DNA of 64,000 nucleotides from the NCBI GenBank assembly GCA_044892505.1, contig CM097882.1, forward strand, positions 569,098,001-569,162,000, written 5' to 3'. This DNA comes from Schmidtea nova (taxonomy: Eukaryota). Position 1 is the stretch's first letter. Every line of letters starts with the position of its first letter. Shown here in pieces: positions 1 through 14,633 of this stretch. A program made the position numbers and the translations under genes. The notes beneath the pieces were generated by a model. The model was given only the letters and a program-made list of their open reading frames with translations, was not told where the DNA came from and did not search any database.

Positions 1-1003
1 ACCGAAGATCACCAAAATTAAATAAAACTTTTTAACCCGAGAGGAAACTAGACGAATCAGTTACTATTCCCGGTTTAACAACTCTAGCCCAACAAGATTT
101 GGAGACAGCAATTTTTCGAGGGAGATCTCTATCAGGGAAAATCAAAATCCTAAATAGTGTTACAATTCCAAAATTCTTTCCGAAATTCCCAAGTTTCTTT
201 TCCAAAATCGACTTAATTAAGTCAAAGTTAAAGTAACATTTTATAGTAACATTTTATAAACATTATATTGTGACATTATATTGTTATTCTTTCCCGCATT
301 ACACAGCATACATCGCGAGTGTCTGCACACGAATACCGCAAGACTCTCTCGGGATCTACAATCCTCTTATTACACCTATAGACTCTAACTTTATTTAAAA
401 CAACATAAGAAAATAAAATAACAACTGGTAAATAACNNNNNNNNNNNNNNNNNNNNNNNNNNNNNNNNNNNNNNNNNNNNNNNNNNNNNNNNNNNNNNNN
501 NNNNNNNNNNNNNNNNNNNNNNNNNNNNNNNNNNNNNNNNNNNNNNNNNNNNNNNNNNNNNNNNNNNNNNNNNNNNNNNNNNNNNNNNNNNNNNNNNNNN
601 NNNNNNNNNNNNNNNNNNNNNNNNTAATAAAATTTCATAAAGGTATAGGATACATTTTGGATAAAAATGATAATTTTGTTTACAGAGTTATCACATGCAA
701 AAATATTATGTAAGTAATATTGTATATAACTATAACTTTTGTGCTTCTAACAAATATATTATAATTGAAATTATTAACAGCATTCCAACTTTACTAATAA
801 TATTTTCTTTACCTATATATAAATAAAATATAAAAATATATAAATAAGTTCTGAATGCTTTATTTAGATTTTTATGATTTTTGTATGTAATTTATATTAT
901 AGAAAATATTTTAAATATATTTCATATGTAAAAAAATAAAATTCACTGACAACTGTCATTATTTTTATCACCTTTTTCGTGAAGTACGATAAAAATTAAT
1001 TAC

Positions 1004-1649
1004 CTCGCTTGTTTAATCTGCCCAAACTTTCTGACATTTATCGTACAATACGTTATTCGAGGGAAATTCCCATAATCTTTCCATTCATAACCTTTTAAAA
1101 GATCAGAAATTACTTTTATTCCAAACCAAGTGTTGTTTGTTTTGATAAAGTTTTTCATGAGATAAATTTGTCCAATATTGTTTAAAATAAATAGAGTTCT
1201 GACAAAGAGAAATAGAATTGTCAATCGAGTTGATGGATTGAAACAAAAGAAAACATATCTGGTAAATATTCCTGGTTCTCCTCGTCGATATCTGATTTGA
1301 GCTTCAGTGCCTTCTTCGAGTTTTGTTACGATGCACTGAATAGCTTTAGCTCTCATTTCTCGATCTGGAATAGAGGCCTCGCGAGCAGTTTTTAAAAGAA
1401 TAGGCAACCGTTTAGACCATAATCTCCAAATCAAATGAGGAAGATAGCTCATTATAGCTTGGCCTCCCATAACGATGGCCACCCACTGATAATAACTTAT
1501 ATATTTTAAAGAATGAATTTCAAAATCATCTTCTGGGATATCTTCATTATCAAGAAGTTTATAAGTGCTCTGTATCCAACAGAGATTTTCTGCATATTCT
1601 TCCCAAGACTTTGTGAATTGTTGAGGTACCCAACACTGAATTGGTTTAC
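1004..1649 (-). CDS. inx: Innexin, coding exon 2
   Basis: Manual translation gives GKPIQCWVPQQFTKSWEEYAENLCWIQSTY...YYQWVAIVMGGQAIMSYLPHLIW...GNFPRITYC, the innexin extracellular-loop Cys motifs. AG acceptor at 1651-1650 and GT donor at 1003-1002. The following exon was not found in the window. Confidence 0.95.
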
Positions 1650-1996
1650 CTTAATATTCAAATTTTCGTTAAATAATTAGTAATCTCAAGTTCTTTTTAT
1701 ATTTTTACATTTACATTTCTATTTAAAAATTTCTTTCAACAATATTTTAATAAAATTTAAGTGTAAAAATTATATTTTTGTAAAACATTTTTATGAAAAA
1801 ATAAAGAAGAGCACATTAATAACAATAAACAAATTCGGAACATTCAAATATTTCAGCAGATATTAGTCAGCAAGTCAAAGAAATATCCTTTGAAAAATAA
1901 TATATTCCAGAATCATATTAGAAACCCAATTATTTCCACACGCTTTTCTTTTCTGACTATCCAAGCTTATAAAATTTCCAACCTCAGATATTAAAA

Positions 1997-2410
1997 TGCA
2001 AAAGATTTAACGCAAAAAATTAAACGCAAAGAATTAAACGCAAAAAATTAAACGCAAAAAATTAAACACAAAAAATTAAACGCAAAACATTTAACGCAAA
2101 AAATTTAACGCAAAAAATTAAACGCAAAAAATTAAACGCAAAAAATTAAACGCAAGATATTTAACGCAAAAAATTCAACGCAAAAAATTAAACGCAAAAG
2201 ATTAAACGCAAAAAATTAAACGCAAAAAATTAAACGCAAAAAATTAAACGCAAAATATTTAACCCAAAAAATTAAACGCAAAAAATTAAACGCAAAAAAT
2301 TAAACGCAAAATATTTAACGCAAAAAATAAACGCAAAATATTAAACGCAAAATATTTAACGCAAAAAATTTAACGCAAAAAATTAAACGCAAAAAATAAA
2401 CGCAAAAAAT
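1997..2410. repeat. 14-bp minisatellite, about 29 copies of CGCAAAAAATTAAA
   Basis: Directly visible tandem array with minor variants. Confidence 0.95.
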
Positions 2411-5400
2411 CAATGGTGATCGTGACTAATAATTTCAAAAATATGATTAAAATTGTATTGCTTTAAATTCAAGAATTGATTTAATAATTATAAAAAAATA
2501 TTTTGAAAAAATATTTAAACATCTTTTCAAAAACGTTCTGGAAATCTTTTGGATGAAATTTTGAAAACTATAAAATTTTAACAATATTGAAATTTTTGAA
2601 TAAAATCGCTTTTTGAATAATTTTTGTCTCAAAGAAATTTTTTTTCAGTAATAATAATTAGAGGAGCATAATTTTCATTTTACAATTTTTCATTGAATAA
2701 ATTTTTGTAATTTAGTCTTATTAGTTAATATGTAGTTAGACGAGTTAGATCATAGTAAATAATTCTGACTAATGTTAAAGATCTTAATGACAAACAACTT
2801 TATGAAAATAATTAAATTTTGTCAATAAAAACAAATATAACATCTTTTTATATTAACACAGTGCTAGACATATCAGTCACCTGTAATAAGTGCTGGTGAA
2901 TGACCGAAGATACTTTATTTTTTGTTGGGTTTCTTTTTAAGTCGGTATAAATTTCTGACTTCTCGTTCTCCTATAAAATCAATCCCAATAGAATAACTTT
3001 TATATTTATTCACCACAAAATTACATTTGTCAATAATACCTTTGAAAAATATTCGCTTTTCTAGCGATAGGAGTAGGTCTGCCAACGGGAGATCCCCCTT
3101 TCTGGTATGCGATAATTGATTTAATGTGTGTGAAAGTCTTTATCTGATACGCTACTAAACTTTTAAGTAACCAAAAAAATATTTTCTTCGACCAACTAGA
3201 AAAGTTGTTCTTTCATCACATCTTTTAATACAGTTTCGCGAATTAAATATTTTCAATTATCGGTCAACTTCTTAACCATCCATTGCTGTTTGTTGGATTC
3301 CCCACAACAAATGTATTAAACAAAATTTAAATAAGCCCGTCATCCATTGTTTGCAACTAATTCTTATCATTTAGCATCTTTCTATACCAATTTCTCAGCT
3401 AAATCTTTATTTTTAATTTTCCGAACATTTAATTTATATTTTGTATTTTTATTACAACTTTTGTAATTTTCATGTTTTAATTGAGTTAATTTTTGTGCTT
3501 TTTTTTAATTTTTTTAAAATTTTTTAAAATTTTATTTGTGCTATTTTAAACAAGCGCAGCATTTTAAAGGATTAAAATAAATTGAATATCAACAAAAAAC
3601 TTTTATTTTTCTCTGCCAGGGAAAAACATGTAAAACATGGATAGTAGTCAACATTTTATCATTTACTCTTTTTCAGATATTAAAGCATATTAATTAAATA
3701 TTCTTAATGAGATATATTTTTAATTAATTTTTCAGATAATAAAAAATGAACGATTTTTGAGCAGTGCTGAATATTGGCAATTTGATTGACAGAAATTTGA
3801 ATTAAAGAAATTAATTAAATATTCAATTTATATATGTACAGAAATTATGAAAAAAAACTAAATAATTGAAATAATAAATAAATGACTTAAATAAATATTT
3901 TATCAAACCAGTTGAAATTGAAATTTGATACTAAGGCAATAATTTTAAAACCAATTAGAAATTTATTTTATGATATTATCGAAATGTGACATTAAAAAAA
4001 ATTATTTTATTTTATTTGTTTTTTAGAATCACTTTTCTCAGGAATCGCATTAAATGAATTATAAATTCAGAACATTTAATAAATTTTCGAAATATGCAGA
4101 TTTTTACGTACAAAAAATGTAAAAATAAATTTTATACAAAATAATAAGTACAGAAGAAAATGTAATTTAAAAACTTAAAAATTTCTGAAATTTTAGTAAT
4201 GACATTTTTTGATGACGAGAAAGTTGTTTTCGGTAGTCCTTAAAATATAATGGCAATTTTTACTTTTTGATATTTATTTCAAATTATTTCTTGCAAATTA
4301 GTTCGGATCTTTGTAATTTTGTACCACCTTCGATTATTAAGTGTGATGGGTTATTAATTTGAGTCTGTCTAGTTTCTGACTTTTCGTGCTCCTTTAATAA
4401 CGATATAACTGAGACCCAACAAAATAAATTTTATTTATTCAAATTGACAATTCACAACAGCTAAAATCAGTGCAATTTTTATTGTTTCTACACTCTCTTT
4501 CTGCACTCTTTTCTAAGCAATAGGGGTAGATTGCCCTTTCTTATACGCTTGATAGGCTAATGTTACTGTACGATAATCTCCTTTCCACTTACCCAATCTT
4601 TAAAATTAATGAAAATTCTCTTCGACCAAACTGGAAATTTTCTGTTTTTCTTGCCGCTTTTATAGTTTACCAATTTGTCAACAAATTGGTTATGTTTTCT
4701 AAACTTGCGGTCAAATTCGATTATGATTTTCCGTAATTCTAATTTTGCTAATCATATTTTGCTCAAATTTGATTTCTTTGATCCGCGCTTTTGTTAATTC
4801 GATTTCCTCTCGGGTTTCCTTTTGCTCAGGTTTTCTACATGGCTAATAAATTATTCATAAATTTTTAATAAATTTATTTTTACTAAATTTATTTTTCTGG
4901 GGACCTCCATTGGTATTTTATTATCATATTCGTGCTAATCTCTCCATTTGCCATTGGTAAATACCAATTTCCCCCGTTAAACTTTTATTTTTAATTTTTC
5001 AAATTTTTAATTAGTTTTTTTAAAAATTATTTATTAATTGTAAATTTACCGCTTTTCAGCCTTTTTATTGATCTTCCTTCAACCCCCGGCGCAATCTCAT
5101 TTTACTTGCACCACATCAGCCTAACCCCAACAAGTTTCTACTGTATCATATATTTCATTTTTTTATGTTTTTATTTACGTAAACAATTTAATTTAATTTT
5201 TTAAATACAATTGAAAACTGTATCATTATTATCTCATTTTAATCTTTGATCTTTTTGTTTTAATTTTAAAAATATTCATTTTTAAGACTATAAGATTATT
5301 TTTTAATAGATAAACGAATTTGATCAATTGTCTTAAAAATCCTAAAGATTGTAGTGTTATTGCAAGTTGCAAAATGTTTATGAGCAAAGCTAAAAATAAT

Positions 5401-6564
5401 ACTAAATATTTTGCACTTATTGAGTATAAAGAAGAGTTGAAAAAAATTAATTTCGATGAATTAATTTATATATCAAATAGTACCAAAATTATTTCTATTT
5501 TTAAATCGGGTGTTATGTTCACCTTCTTGGGACAGAATTTGTGAATGGTCAGCTTTTTTGTAACTTAAAAGTTTTTAAAATGAATAAATTTACTTTTGAA
5601 AAAAATGTAAATTTGTCATAGTATTGCTTATAAAAGGATAATAACTAGTTATAAACAAGAACAATAAAATTCTTCGCTGAAACCACCAAATATATGAAAA
5701 GAGTTAGTTAATTATTATTAATTATTAATAAAAAGAATAAATGACATCTTATTTAAGCCAAAACTGCCTAATCTTTTTCTACGTAAACAAACATCAAAAA
5801 AAAATTTCTATTAATTACAAATCCATTTTTAAATTAAATAAAACATCACAGAAAATTTCCAATTGAATTTCATAATACATTTAAAAAACTAAAAATAAAT
5901 ATTGGCACAAAATTAATAAATAATTATATCTAGTTATTTTCTATAGTATTAATTATTCAATAGTTAATTAATTCTGCTTCCANNNNNNNNNNNNNNNNNN
6001 NNNNNNNNNNNNNNNNNNNNNNNNNNNNNNNNNNNNNNNNNNNNNNNNNNNNNNNNNNNNNNNNNNNNNNNNNNNNNNNNNNNNNNNNNNNNNNNNNNNN
6101 NNNNNNNNNNNNNNNNNNNNNNNNNNNNNNNNNNNNNNNNNNNNNNNNNNNNNNNNNNNNNNNNNNNNNNNNNNNNNNNNNNNNNNNNNNNNNNNNNNNN
6201 NNNNNNNNNNNNNNAATATTTTAAAATTTGATAAAATAAATTTAATAAATATAGATTTAAAAATTAAGGGTAAAATTTTCTTAAATTAAAAAATAAGATT
6301 TTGAAATTTTAATTTTAAATATTTTAATTTTAAATAAAATTGAAAATATAATATTTAATCAGTATGTTGAATTACTGAATGATGATTCATAGCTCATAAA
6401 AATCATTGATGCTTCAGAAAAACATTCAAATAATATTATCGATTAATATTCTTTAAATAATATGATTTAATGAATATAATATTTTGGAATTAAATCTTGT
6501 TATTAATAAAAAAACAATAAAATGACTAAAGAAAAATTGCAGTGCAATGTAATTGCAACTAACA

Positions 6565-9500
6565 TGGCGACCACCCCTACCGATATCCTTATCGTAAGAC
6601 TGGTACATGAAAGCCTTGCCAGCGGGGATGATGTCGACAACTTTATCAAGGAATGCCAAATATTTTTCGAAATGGCCAAAATCCCTATAAAAGTTCAGCC
6701 GACTCTTGTTATCGGAATGATTGAAAACGAGCTTAGAGAGGAATTCGAAGAAGCAGATGAAAAATCCTTTGATCAAAAGCTGAGAGCAGCATTTAAAAAA
6801 CAAACAACGCTTATTGGCGATCTCATTAAAGACCTAGAATACACACAAGGAAACGATTTGGCAGAAGTCTTAATCCGGAAAGTAAAGACTTTAGCATAAA
6901 TGTTATCTGCACATGAATGGAAAAAAGAAGAGATCGAGGAAAGCCTACTAACACATTTCGTTCGAGACAGGGATGTGAGGAAAGAGATCGCAATGAAGGA
7001 ACTGGAAACCACAGATAAAATTAAAGCAACGATAAAAAAGGTGGAGAAAATTAACAAAACATAGATCGGGTGAATACCATGAAAGCGATACCTAATCCTG
7101 AAAATAATACGAAAAGTTATAGAGACATACCCCGGCCTACCAAAAGTCTCCAGTCAGGCAGTTATTTACCAATTGCAGTTTATGCAATGGGAACAAATGT
7201 CACAAACACACACGAATACTGAATGTCTGTAGTGCTGAGAGAGTTAGTACTTCGTTATATTACCTTTCATCTGGATAACAAGGCGCATTGTATCGACCAC
7301 TTTTGCCAAAAAATCAGTGGAGATGTGTGACCATTCTTCATGCAGATGCGTTTACAGCTCAGAGACGTTACAGGCAATGGGAATCCTTTTGCGAACTCGT
7401 CTACCAAGGACATCCACAGAAACTCAATAGGATTCAGATCAGGGATTTGTGGAACCCAATCCAAAACGTTGATGTTGTGCTGCAGAAAGAATTCCTTCAT
7501 AATGTGCAAAGTCTGAATTGGTGCATTATCCTGTTTGAAAATGAGCTACTCACTTTCAGGGAGAAAGGAAACAATCTCATTTTCCAGAATAGCACGGTAT
7601 TTTACTGACGTCATGTGATACCTGCTCTTCACTAGAGGGCACGTTTCATGAGCAGTATCTGCCATATAAACCATGAAAATGTAATGCGCGACGAATGGTG
7701 GATATGCTGGCATTCACAGGGCCAGTGTTAAATATTGACACTAACTTGGACAGGAATAACCGACGATGAGCCACCACAACAGTCGTTTCAGCTTTCATTG
7801 TGTAAGGATGCTCAGAAGTTTAGGGCGGCCTGAACTTTGCTTGTTGACATGTGTCTGCTCCTGGCAGTTATTCCTCAGAAAGTAGTTAATAGTTCTTTTG
7901 GGATGGCCAGTCAATGCATCACTTTCACTCTGACCTTTTCCACAAAGGTAAAATCCATAAATAATGCCTTTCTGACAGTCTGTAAGCTCTCTCCGAGTAG
8001 ACATATTCTAAGAAAGTGACAATTTTTCCTTAACCTGACTCACTATTATCACTGTTATGTGTCTGGTGTGAGTAGTCATATTTTGTGTGTGTGTTTGTGT
8101 GTGAATGCGTGCGTGTGTACATGTGCGCATGCAGCATGTTGAAGGTGTTGGTAACCTCTGTTCCCATTGCTATTCATATTTGCACTTAAGACGTTCATTA
8201 TAAACTGAAATATGTAAATAGCTGCCTGACTGGAGATTTTTGGTAGGCCGGAGTATTACTCAAGTGAAATCCAAATGGAAATCATATTGATAGAAACCAG
8301 GTCAGACAAGTGGAATATTAGACATGTCACAAGTTGGGCACGTTAGCAGGAACTGCAATTTTAAAAAAGAATTTCAATGTTTTGCTTGTGGCGGTGTTGG
8401 CCAAATTGTCTAAACAATACGAAATTGTCCAACAATACAGAATCAAAAGGCAGATCAAACGGGAAATAGTTATGGATATAGAGAGCCGAGACCACACAGG
8501 CAATTTGATATACAACAAACGAGATTCCCAAAGAAGGCAAAACGAAAAAGAAATACGAAAACGAGATAAATCTATATGATGACGAAGAATACCCAAAAGA
8601 TAAAGCTCCATCAAGAGATAGGAGCTACTTTGATAGAAGCTCTATGTTAGATAATTCCGGTAATGGTATGTTTCTGAGCTATGATTGTATGAATGGAATG
8701 AATGTGAATAATAAAGTAAATAAAACCCAAACGTATAAAGATAATATTCGAAACGCAATAAAAACAGATGCCAGAACACCAGAAAACGTATATAGGTTCT
8801 TGAAGAAAGAAATAGCAAAGATCGATGAAATTACGGAAACGATATTAAAAAGGAGGATCATAGGATATTGTATAATATGATGCAAGGTAGACCAAGTGTG
8901 ATGCTGAATATGAAAGGTTGGAAATAAATTGTTTATTGGATACAAGAGCACGAGTGAACGTAATAGCAAAGGCAGTTGTGGATAAGTAAGATAAAATAGA
9001 AATAATCGAAACAGATTAGTTGTTAAGATGTGCGAATGATAGCAAACCAGACACTTTAGGTAAGTTATATACTGAAGTTAAAATTTGCGATGTAGAAAGA
9101 AATTTACCATTTATTGTTGTTAAAAATATTGAACTACAAAAGCAATTGGAATAAAACTGGTATGGAACAACGAAGACAAAAAAAGCAATAGTGAATTTAT
9201 CTGTGAGATTAAAGCAAAACTCGGAAGAAATATATCAGAAAACGAAAGGATGAAAAACGCGATAGAGAAATTAAAAGTCACATAAAATACAAGACTCCTA
9301 GAAATTGTGAAAATTAAAAAAATTGTTTTCATGGTAGACAAATGGATATTGGATGTAGGGACCTTCATTGAACACAAGATCATGACAAAAGGAGATGCGA
9401 TAATGATAAACACTAAACGACAGCCAATAAATCTAGAAGGAAAATAAAAGATGCAATAATAAACGTAGAAAAAAAGATATTATTAGGAAATGTAATTTTC

Positions 9501-10800
9501 GTTTGAACACACCATTAGTATTTTTATGGAAAAAAGGAAAGGAAAGACATCAGTTTATGCTTAGATTTAAGACAGCTTAATAAAATAACAGAAAAACAAG
9601 CTTTTCCAATACCAAACATTGATGAAATTCTGGACACTCTACACGGGTTGAAATAATTTAGTTCAATAGACTTGGGAAATGTTTACTACCGAGTAAAGTT
9701 ACCTAAAGAATATCAGGAAAAGACAACATTTTCAACAAAAGAGGGACAATTTTGTTTACAAACAGATCATAAGGCTATTACTTTTATGTTGACAACGAAG
9801 AGGCCAATAGCAGCACAATTTCAAACTTGGATTAATAATTTAAGCAGCCTGGATATAAAGATGGAATATATGAAAGGCATTGATCATGGAAATACAATGG
9901 AAGATAGAACAATGCATGATAGAACACGAAGAACCGAAAAGCGGACGAGTAAAAACAATGTTATTAACAGTAACAACGGAAGACAGCGTAAATAGTAGCA
10001 AAACAATAATGATGAGATAAAGAAATAAAGAATTAAATAGAAAAGTCAAAGAACGGAAGATTCATCATAAAAGAGAATGCGATATATACGAACAAGAACA
10101 AACTATGGATACCAAAATTGAAAAGACGAGATATGATCAAGGAGACGCATTCTATGCTATATCATGCAGGAACGCAGAAAGTATCAAACTATATCCAACA
10201 AAATTTTGACATGGAAGATTTGGTAAAATAAGTCACTTATAAGAAAGACAAAAGAAGAAACTAAAACAACCATAAGTACGGAACCATTTGAGATGATCTA
10301 TATGTATATTTGTGTGGACCAATAAAAGAAACAATAAATAGTTAAAGATACATATGTGGTATCATTGGCCATTACAGTTAATGCATTTCTCTGCCTGCTA
10401 TAGCTAAATAAGATGAAAAAACAATGTAGAAAGTTTTGCTAAACAAATGGATATTAAGATTTAGAGCACCGAAAGAACTGCATGTAGACTTTGGAAAATT
10501 TTTTAAGTCAAACGGTATAAAAGAATTGGCTAAGTCAACAGGAATTGAAATTGTGTTTTCTATCCCATATCACCATAACACAAAAGGAATTATAGAAAGG
10601 CAGTTTCGCACAATCAGAGATTATAATAACGCGTCGTGTAAAGAACAAAGCAGAAGAATTAGGGCAGAGATATTACGGGAAATTGAAAATACCTTGAATG
10701 CGACAATACAGAAAACAATTGAGGTAAGTCCGACAGGGATCACTTTTGAAAGTAGAATGAACAGATCAAAATTATATAGCAGTACTTCATTAAAATAAAG
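6565..10800 (+). mobile_element. Degenerate Ty3/gypsy LTR retrotransposon (gag, PR, partial RT/RH, IN), interrupted by a Tc1 element
   Basis: Gag-like ORF 6522-6899; CCHC relics near 8320-8410 (VGHVSRNC, CFACGGVG); protease LLDTRARVNVI at ~8930; RT DFRQLNKITEKQAFPIPNIDEILD...SSIDLGNVYY joined directly to RNase H TDHKA; integrase PYHHNTKGIIERQFRTIRD; many stops. Confidence 0.88.
7130..8253 (-). mobile_element. Tc1-family DNA transposon, degenerate transposase
   Basis: TIRs CCCCGGCCTACCAAAAGTCTCCAGTCAGGCAG / CTGCCTGACTGGAGATTTTTGGTAGGCCGGAG with TA on both flanks (7128-29, 8254-55); paired-type HTH with GRPK (ORF 8004-7795); QDNAP and WVPQIPDLNPIE (DD34E-type) motifs. Confidence 0.92.
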
Positions 10801-12415
10801 AAAGAAAGAGAAAGATAAAGGAAACGGAAGTGACAAACGCAAAAGAGATCAAAACAATAAAAAACAAAATTCATCAAAAGTTATTTTATAAGTTTTTGCA
10901 TAATGTTTTGTTTAATTATGAAGAGAAGCAATTATAATTAAACTTTTGTAAAATACGTACACAGACCACTTTTATCTTTATTTAAAAACTCGACATTTAC
11001 CGGGAGTAAAAATTGTGATTTATATCCCGCTATGATTATTAATTTTCGTTTGAAAAGTTTCATTGTTAGAAAAAAGATTTATATTTACTATTACAATTAA
11101 AAAGTCTGCTTGTGCCGTCAATGTATATTATTTTAGAAATTTTAATTTTCCACAATCTACAAATAAATGTTTCTATTGATTTAATCGGATGTTTTGGAAA
11201 AATTTATATTTTTTTTGGAAAATTTTTTATTATAAAATTAAATACATGTTTATTTTTTTTAATATTTATTCATATTTTGTATGTCAATATGACATTTGAT
11301 AATTTTTATAACGTATTAAAATAGTAAGTTTATTTTTTTTGATTATTTTTCAATACGAAATAAAACTCCGCACGTTGTACTCACTTTAATTCATAGAAAA
11401 ATGAAAGCTTATTGTCAAAGAAATTGCAAATTTTTTCTTTTTTTTCTGGCCAGCCTAAATTTTACCAATGGCCGCACATAAATATAAATAATGAGAAAGG
11501 TTTGTCCTTGTCATTTATTCTGACTATACAAATAATTTTGTACTTCTCAATTTTTTTAATGATATATTTGTGGAAGAAAACTATATATAATAATAAGACA
11601 TGTCATGAACGAACGACAAAATTAATTTATAAAGTTGTAAATGTAAATGTGTCGCAGGTTGGCCACTCGCATTTAACAGGAACAAGTCTAATGCGAAAAC
11701 CCAAGATTGAAAATCTTTCAGTTTTTTTTATTTTTTATTATAGTTTGAGAAAAGCATTGTAAGGTTTTTGGCTGTGTTTCTTAGTATACTAAACTTATTT
11801 CACATAAAAAGTAAAATTTATTATTGTGATTCATAACTGTAAACTCTAAGAGCCTCAAGATAGTCCTAAAATTGGTGAACATGCGTTATTTTATTTATGT
11901 TTTATTTATTATTTCAGGGATATAATAATAAAGGAACTGTGATGAAATTCTTTAAGAAATGCGTTCAAGTCTTTGAAATGGCTGAAAGAAATTTATTTCA
12001 TTCTTTAACAAACAAAAAACAAGCTTTAAAAAAGTTAAACTAATTTGACATTTTTAATTATCAAATTCGGATCACAAAACATTCTGGCACATTTCTTTGG
12101 TCAGATTTCACAAATTTCACCAATTTTTCTCAATTTGTATATAAAGCTGTCCGAAAAAGAGTAGAAAAATTAAATTTTAAATAGAAAATAATTTAATTTT
12201 GAGAAAATGCTGAAATCTTTATTTAATCATAAAGTAGACATGAGGGAATTATGTATGGAAAAACACATCTGATAAATGACCCCCTCGGCTTTTCTTGCCT
12301 ACTTTAGTTCGTTTGACAAGATTTTCAATAACGGCTTGCTATAACTGATGCTAGATTTCATTTATTCAGCGACATCATTCCTCTTATAAGGTTAATGTGG
12401 TCTGTAGGCTTAAGT

Positions 12416-12698
12416 CGTTGATTCAGTCAGATTTTAATTAAATTTAAATTAAATCGATTTTAAACTCAGTACACTAGCACAATTCCACTAGACGCAATTT
12501 TTTTAGACACAATCCCATTAGGCACAATTCCACTAGACGCAATTCCACTAGCGAAATTCAAATAGACTAGTAACAATTGGTAACAACCCTACCCATCTTA
12601 CCCTAAAGCTAACCCTTGTTACCTAGTGAAATGGAATTATCCAAGTGAAATAGTGCCTGGTGCAATTGTGTCTAGTGGAATTGTTATAGTGGAATCAA
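12416..12698. repeat. MITE-like repeat with 15-bp sub-repeats (CAATTCCACTAGACG-like) in direct and inverted orientation
   Basis: Direct units at ~12470-12560, inverted units at ~12630-12695, central TAACCCT-like stretch. Confidence 0.5.
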
Positions 12699-12772
12699 CC
12701 GGTTACTCATTTTTCTGTTGCGCAGTTAATCCGTTTTGACAGTTCGAAGGCAGATAGTTACTATTATTAAAA

Positions 12773-13739
12773 ATGGAAAAATATTTCAGACAACACATAA
12801 TTTTTTTTTAAACATTATTTAAAAATTGGTGAAAGCTTGTCTGTCACGATTCGAAGGTTGCGTCCAATTTTCCAAGTGCAACAGCTGTGAAGAAAATAAT
12901 CCGCATTATCCAGAAGACTAGGTTAATTACTGATTTAGACCATCAACACGTGTTCCTCCAAGTAGTTCAGCAGAAAAAATCATATCTGTTTGCCAGAATG
13001 TTGTCAGAATCCGGGAACATCCAATCGGCATCGTGGTCAAAAATAGAACATTTCAAAAAGCACTATGCAGCAAATTATCATAAAGCATTTGCGTTTTCAT
13101 GCCTAAAAAGTCCAACTGAATCAACAACTATACACAGGGAAAATGATGTCGACAATTGGTTCATTAAAGAACAATAAGTGATCGGTAAGTTTTCCAGCAA
13201 AATTATATTCAGCAGTAAGATCAATTTTCGTGCTGGTGTCTTTGTAAACAAACAACAAAACACATTTTGAGTCTGCATTTTGATGTGCATTTTGGGCTGG
13301 AAGTATCATTGGAAAATTCCTTTTCGAAAACGCTGCCATGACTGCACAAACGGTATATGGAATGCGGCATGATAACAGAGATTTTATTCCTCAAACGGAT
13401 GATATGGGACTCAAAGACAAATCGTTTTAACAGGAAGGTGCTACTTGACACACATCATGTGAAACAATGACACTTTATCAAAAGATATACTCTGGTCGTG
13501 TTATCTCCAGTTTGGGCGACTAGAATAGGCTGCATAAATCATACGATTTAACGTCATTGAACTTTTTCTATAGAACCTTTTGAAGTTAAAAGTTTATGAC
13601 AACAACCCCATGACTATTCAAGTCTTGAAGGAGGAAGACTCTCTATTACGAAATCCAGCTATAATTATGCTATAAAAGAACGAAAATGGGTCTGCAAATC
13701 CGAGGAGGCCATTTGTCAAATGTGTTGTTCCATACATAA
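12773..13739 (+). mobile_element. Degenerate mariner-type transposase, probably rosa/DD41D-like
   Basis: Relic motifs KIIFS..NF...VNKQ, F*QEGAT*HT (FQQDGATCHT), DLTSLNFF (DLTPLDFF) and terminal GGHLSNVLFHT*; many stops and frameshifts. Confidence 0.75.
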
Positions 13740-14633
13740 TTCCCTCATGTCTTTTTAATAATTAAATAAACATTTCTGTATAATAATTTTCGGTATCTCA
13801 AAATAAAATTGTTTTTTATTTAGAATTTATATTTTCCACTTTAATTTTCAAAGATTTTCTATACTAGTAACTTCTCAAATCTAAAAACTTTATAATAAGT
13901 TGAAATTTGAGAAATCTGATTTGAACAAAAATTAAATTGTTTCAAAAAATAACATTATTTAGTTATTTGTTTTAATTGAGTTATTTCATTTATATATTTT
14001 TATTAGTTTTATTCCACTTTTTAGAAATGATTATAAATGATTATAATTACAATTTTTAATCACAAATTTTTAACCATAAAATGACAATGAAATAAAAAAA
14101 TTTTTGCGTTAAATTATTCAGTTTCTTACACTGATTTTTTGGATAAATCCATAAATGCTTTTCTTTGTAAAAAGCACCTTAGAATGTAATGAACATCAAG
14201 AAATATATATCTTTGAAAAATGTACATATTTTTATAGTTTGAAACAATAGGTCAAAAACATTTCAACTTCTGCACAAGCTTTTAGTACTGCCTTTAGGAA
14301 GTGAATTAGCACTTCAACAAGGCATTGCTGAAAGGTTCTGCTGAATATAAAAAATATTTTTGATCTCTCATTAAAATTATCTAATTTTTATGTATTTTTT
14401 GAAAAATGAGGTAATTTTAAACCTTTTTTAATATTAATTAAAAAAATAATGCTCTTCGTTTTTAAATTCCTTATTAACAAGAATAGAAATTTTTTAATTT
14501 GGTCAAAAATACCACATTGAAACGTAGAAATTTATTAGAAAAATTTGTAAAATATCATTGTTAAAATGTTATAATAAAAAAATAATTATTTTATAAACTA
14601 ATAAATAAAAATTAAATGAAACATAATTCTAAC

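Noticed and set aside
1-437. Possible LTR or element remnant at the window start
   Set aside because: No motif, partner repeat or ORF supports a call
276-638. ORF-track entries spanning N runs (also 19801-20121, 30926-31264, 30945-31262, 31290-31542, 60658-60957)
   Set aside because: Open only because N codons are not stops; assembly-gap artefacts
625-1000. Candidate innexin exon 3
   Set aside because: No CVL/EKI/FLWFW motif in any minus frame examined; probably in the gap or outside the window
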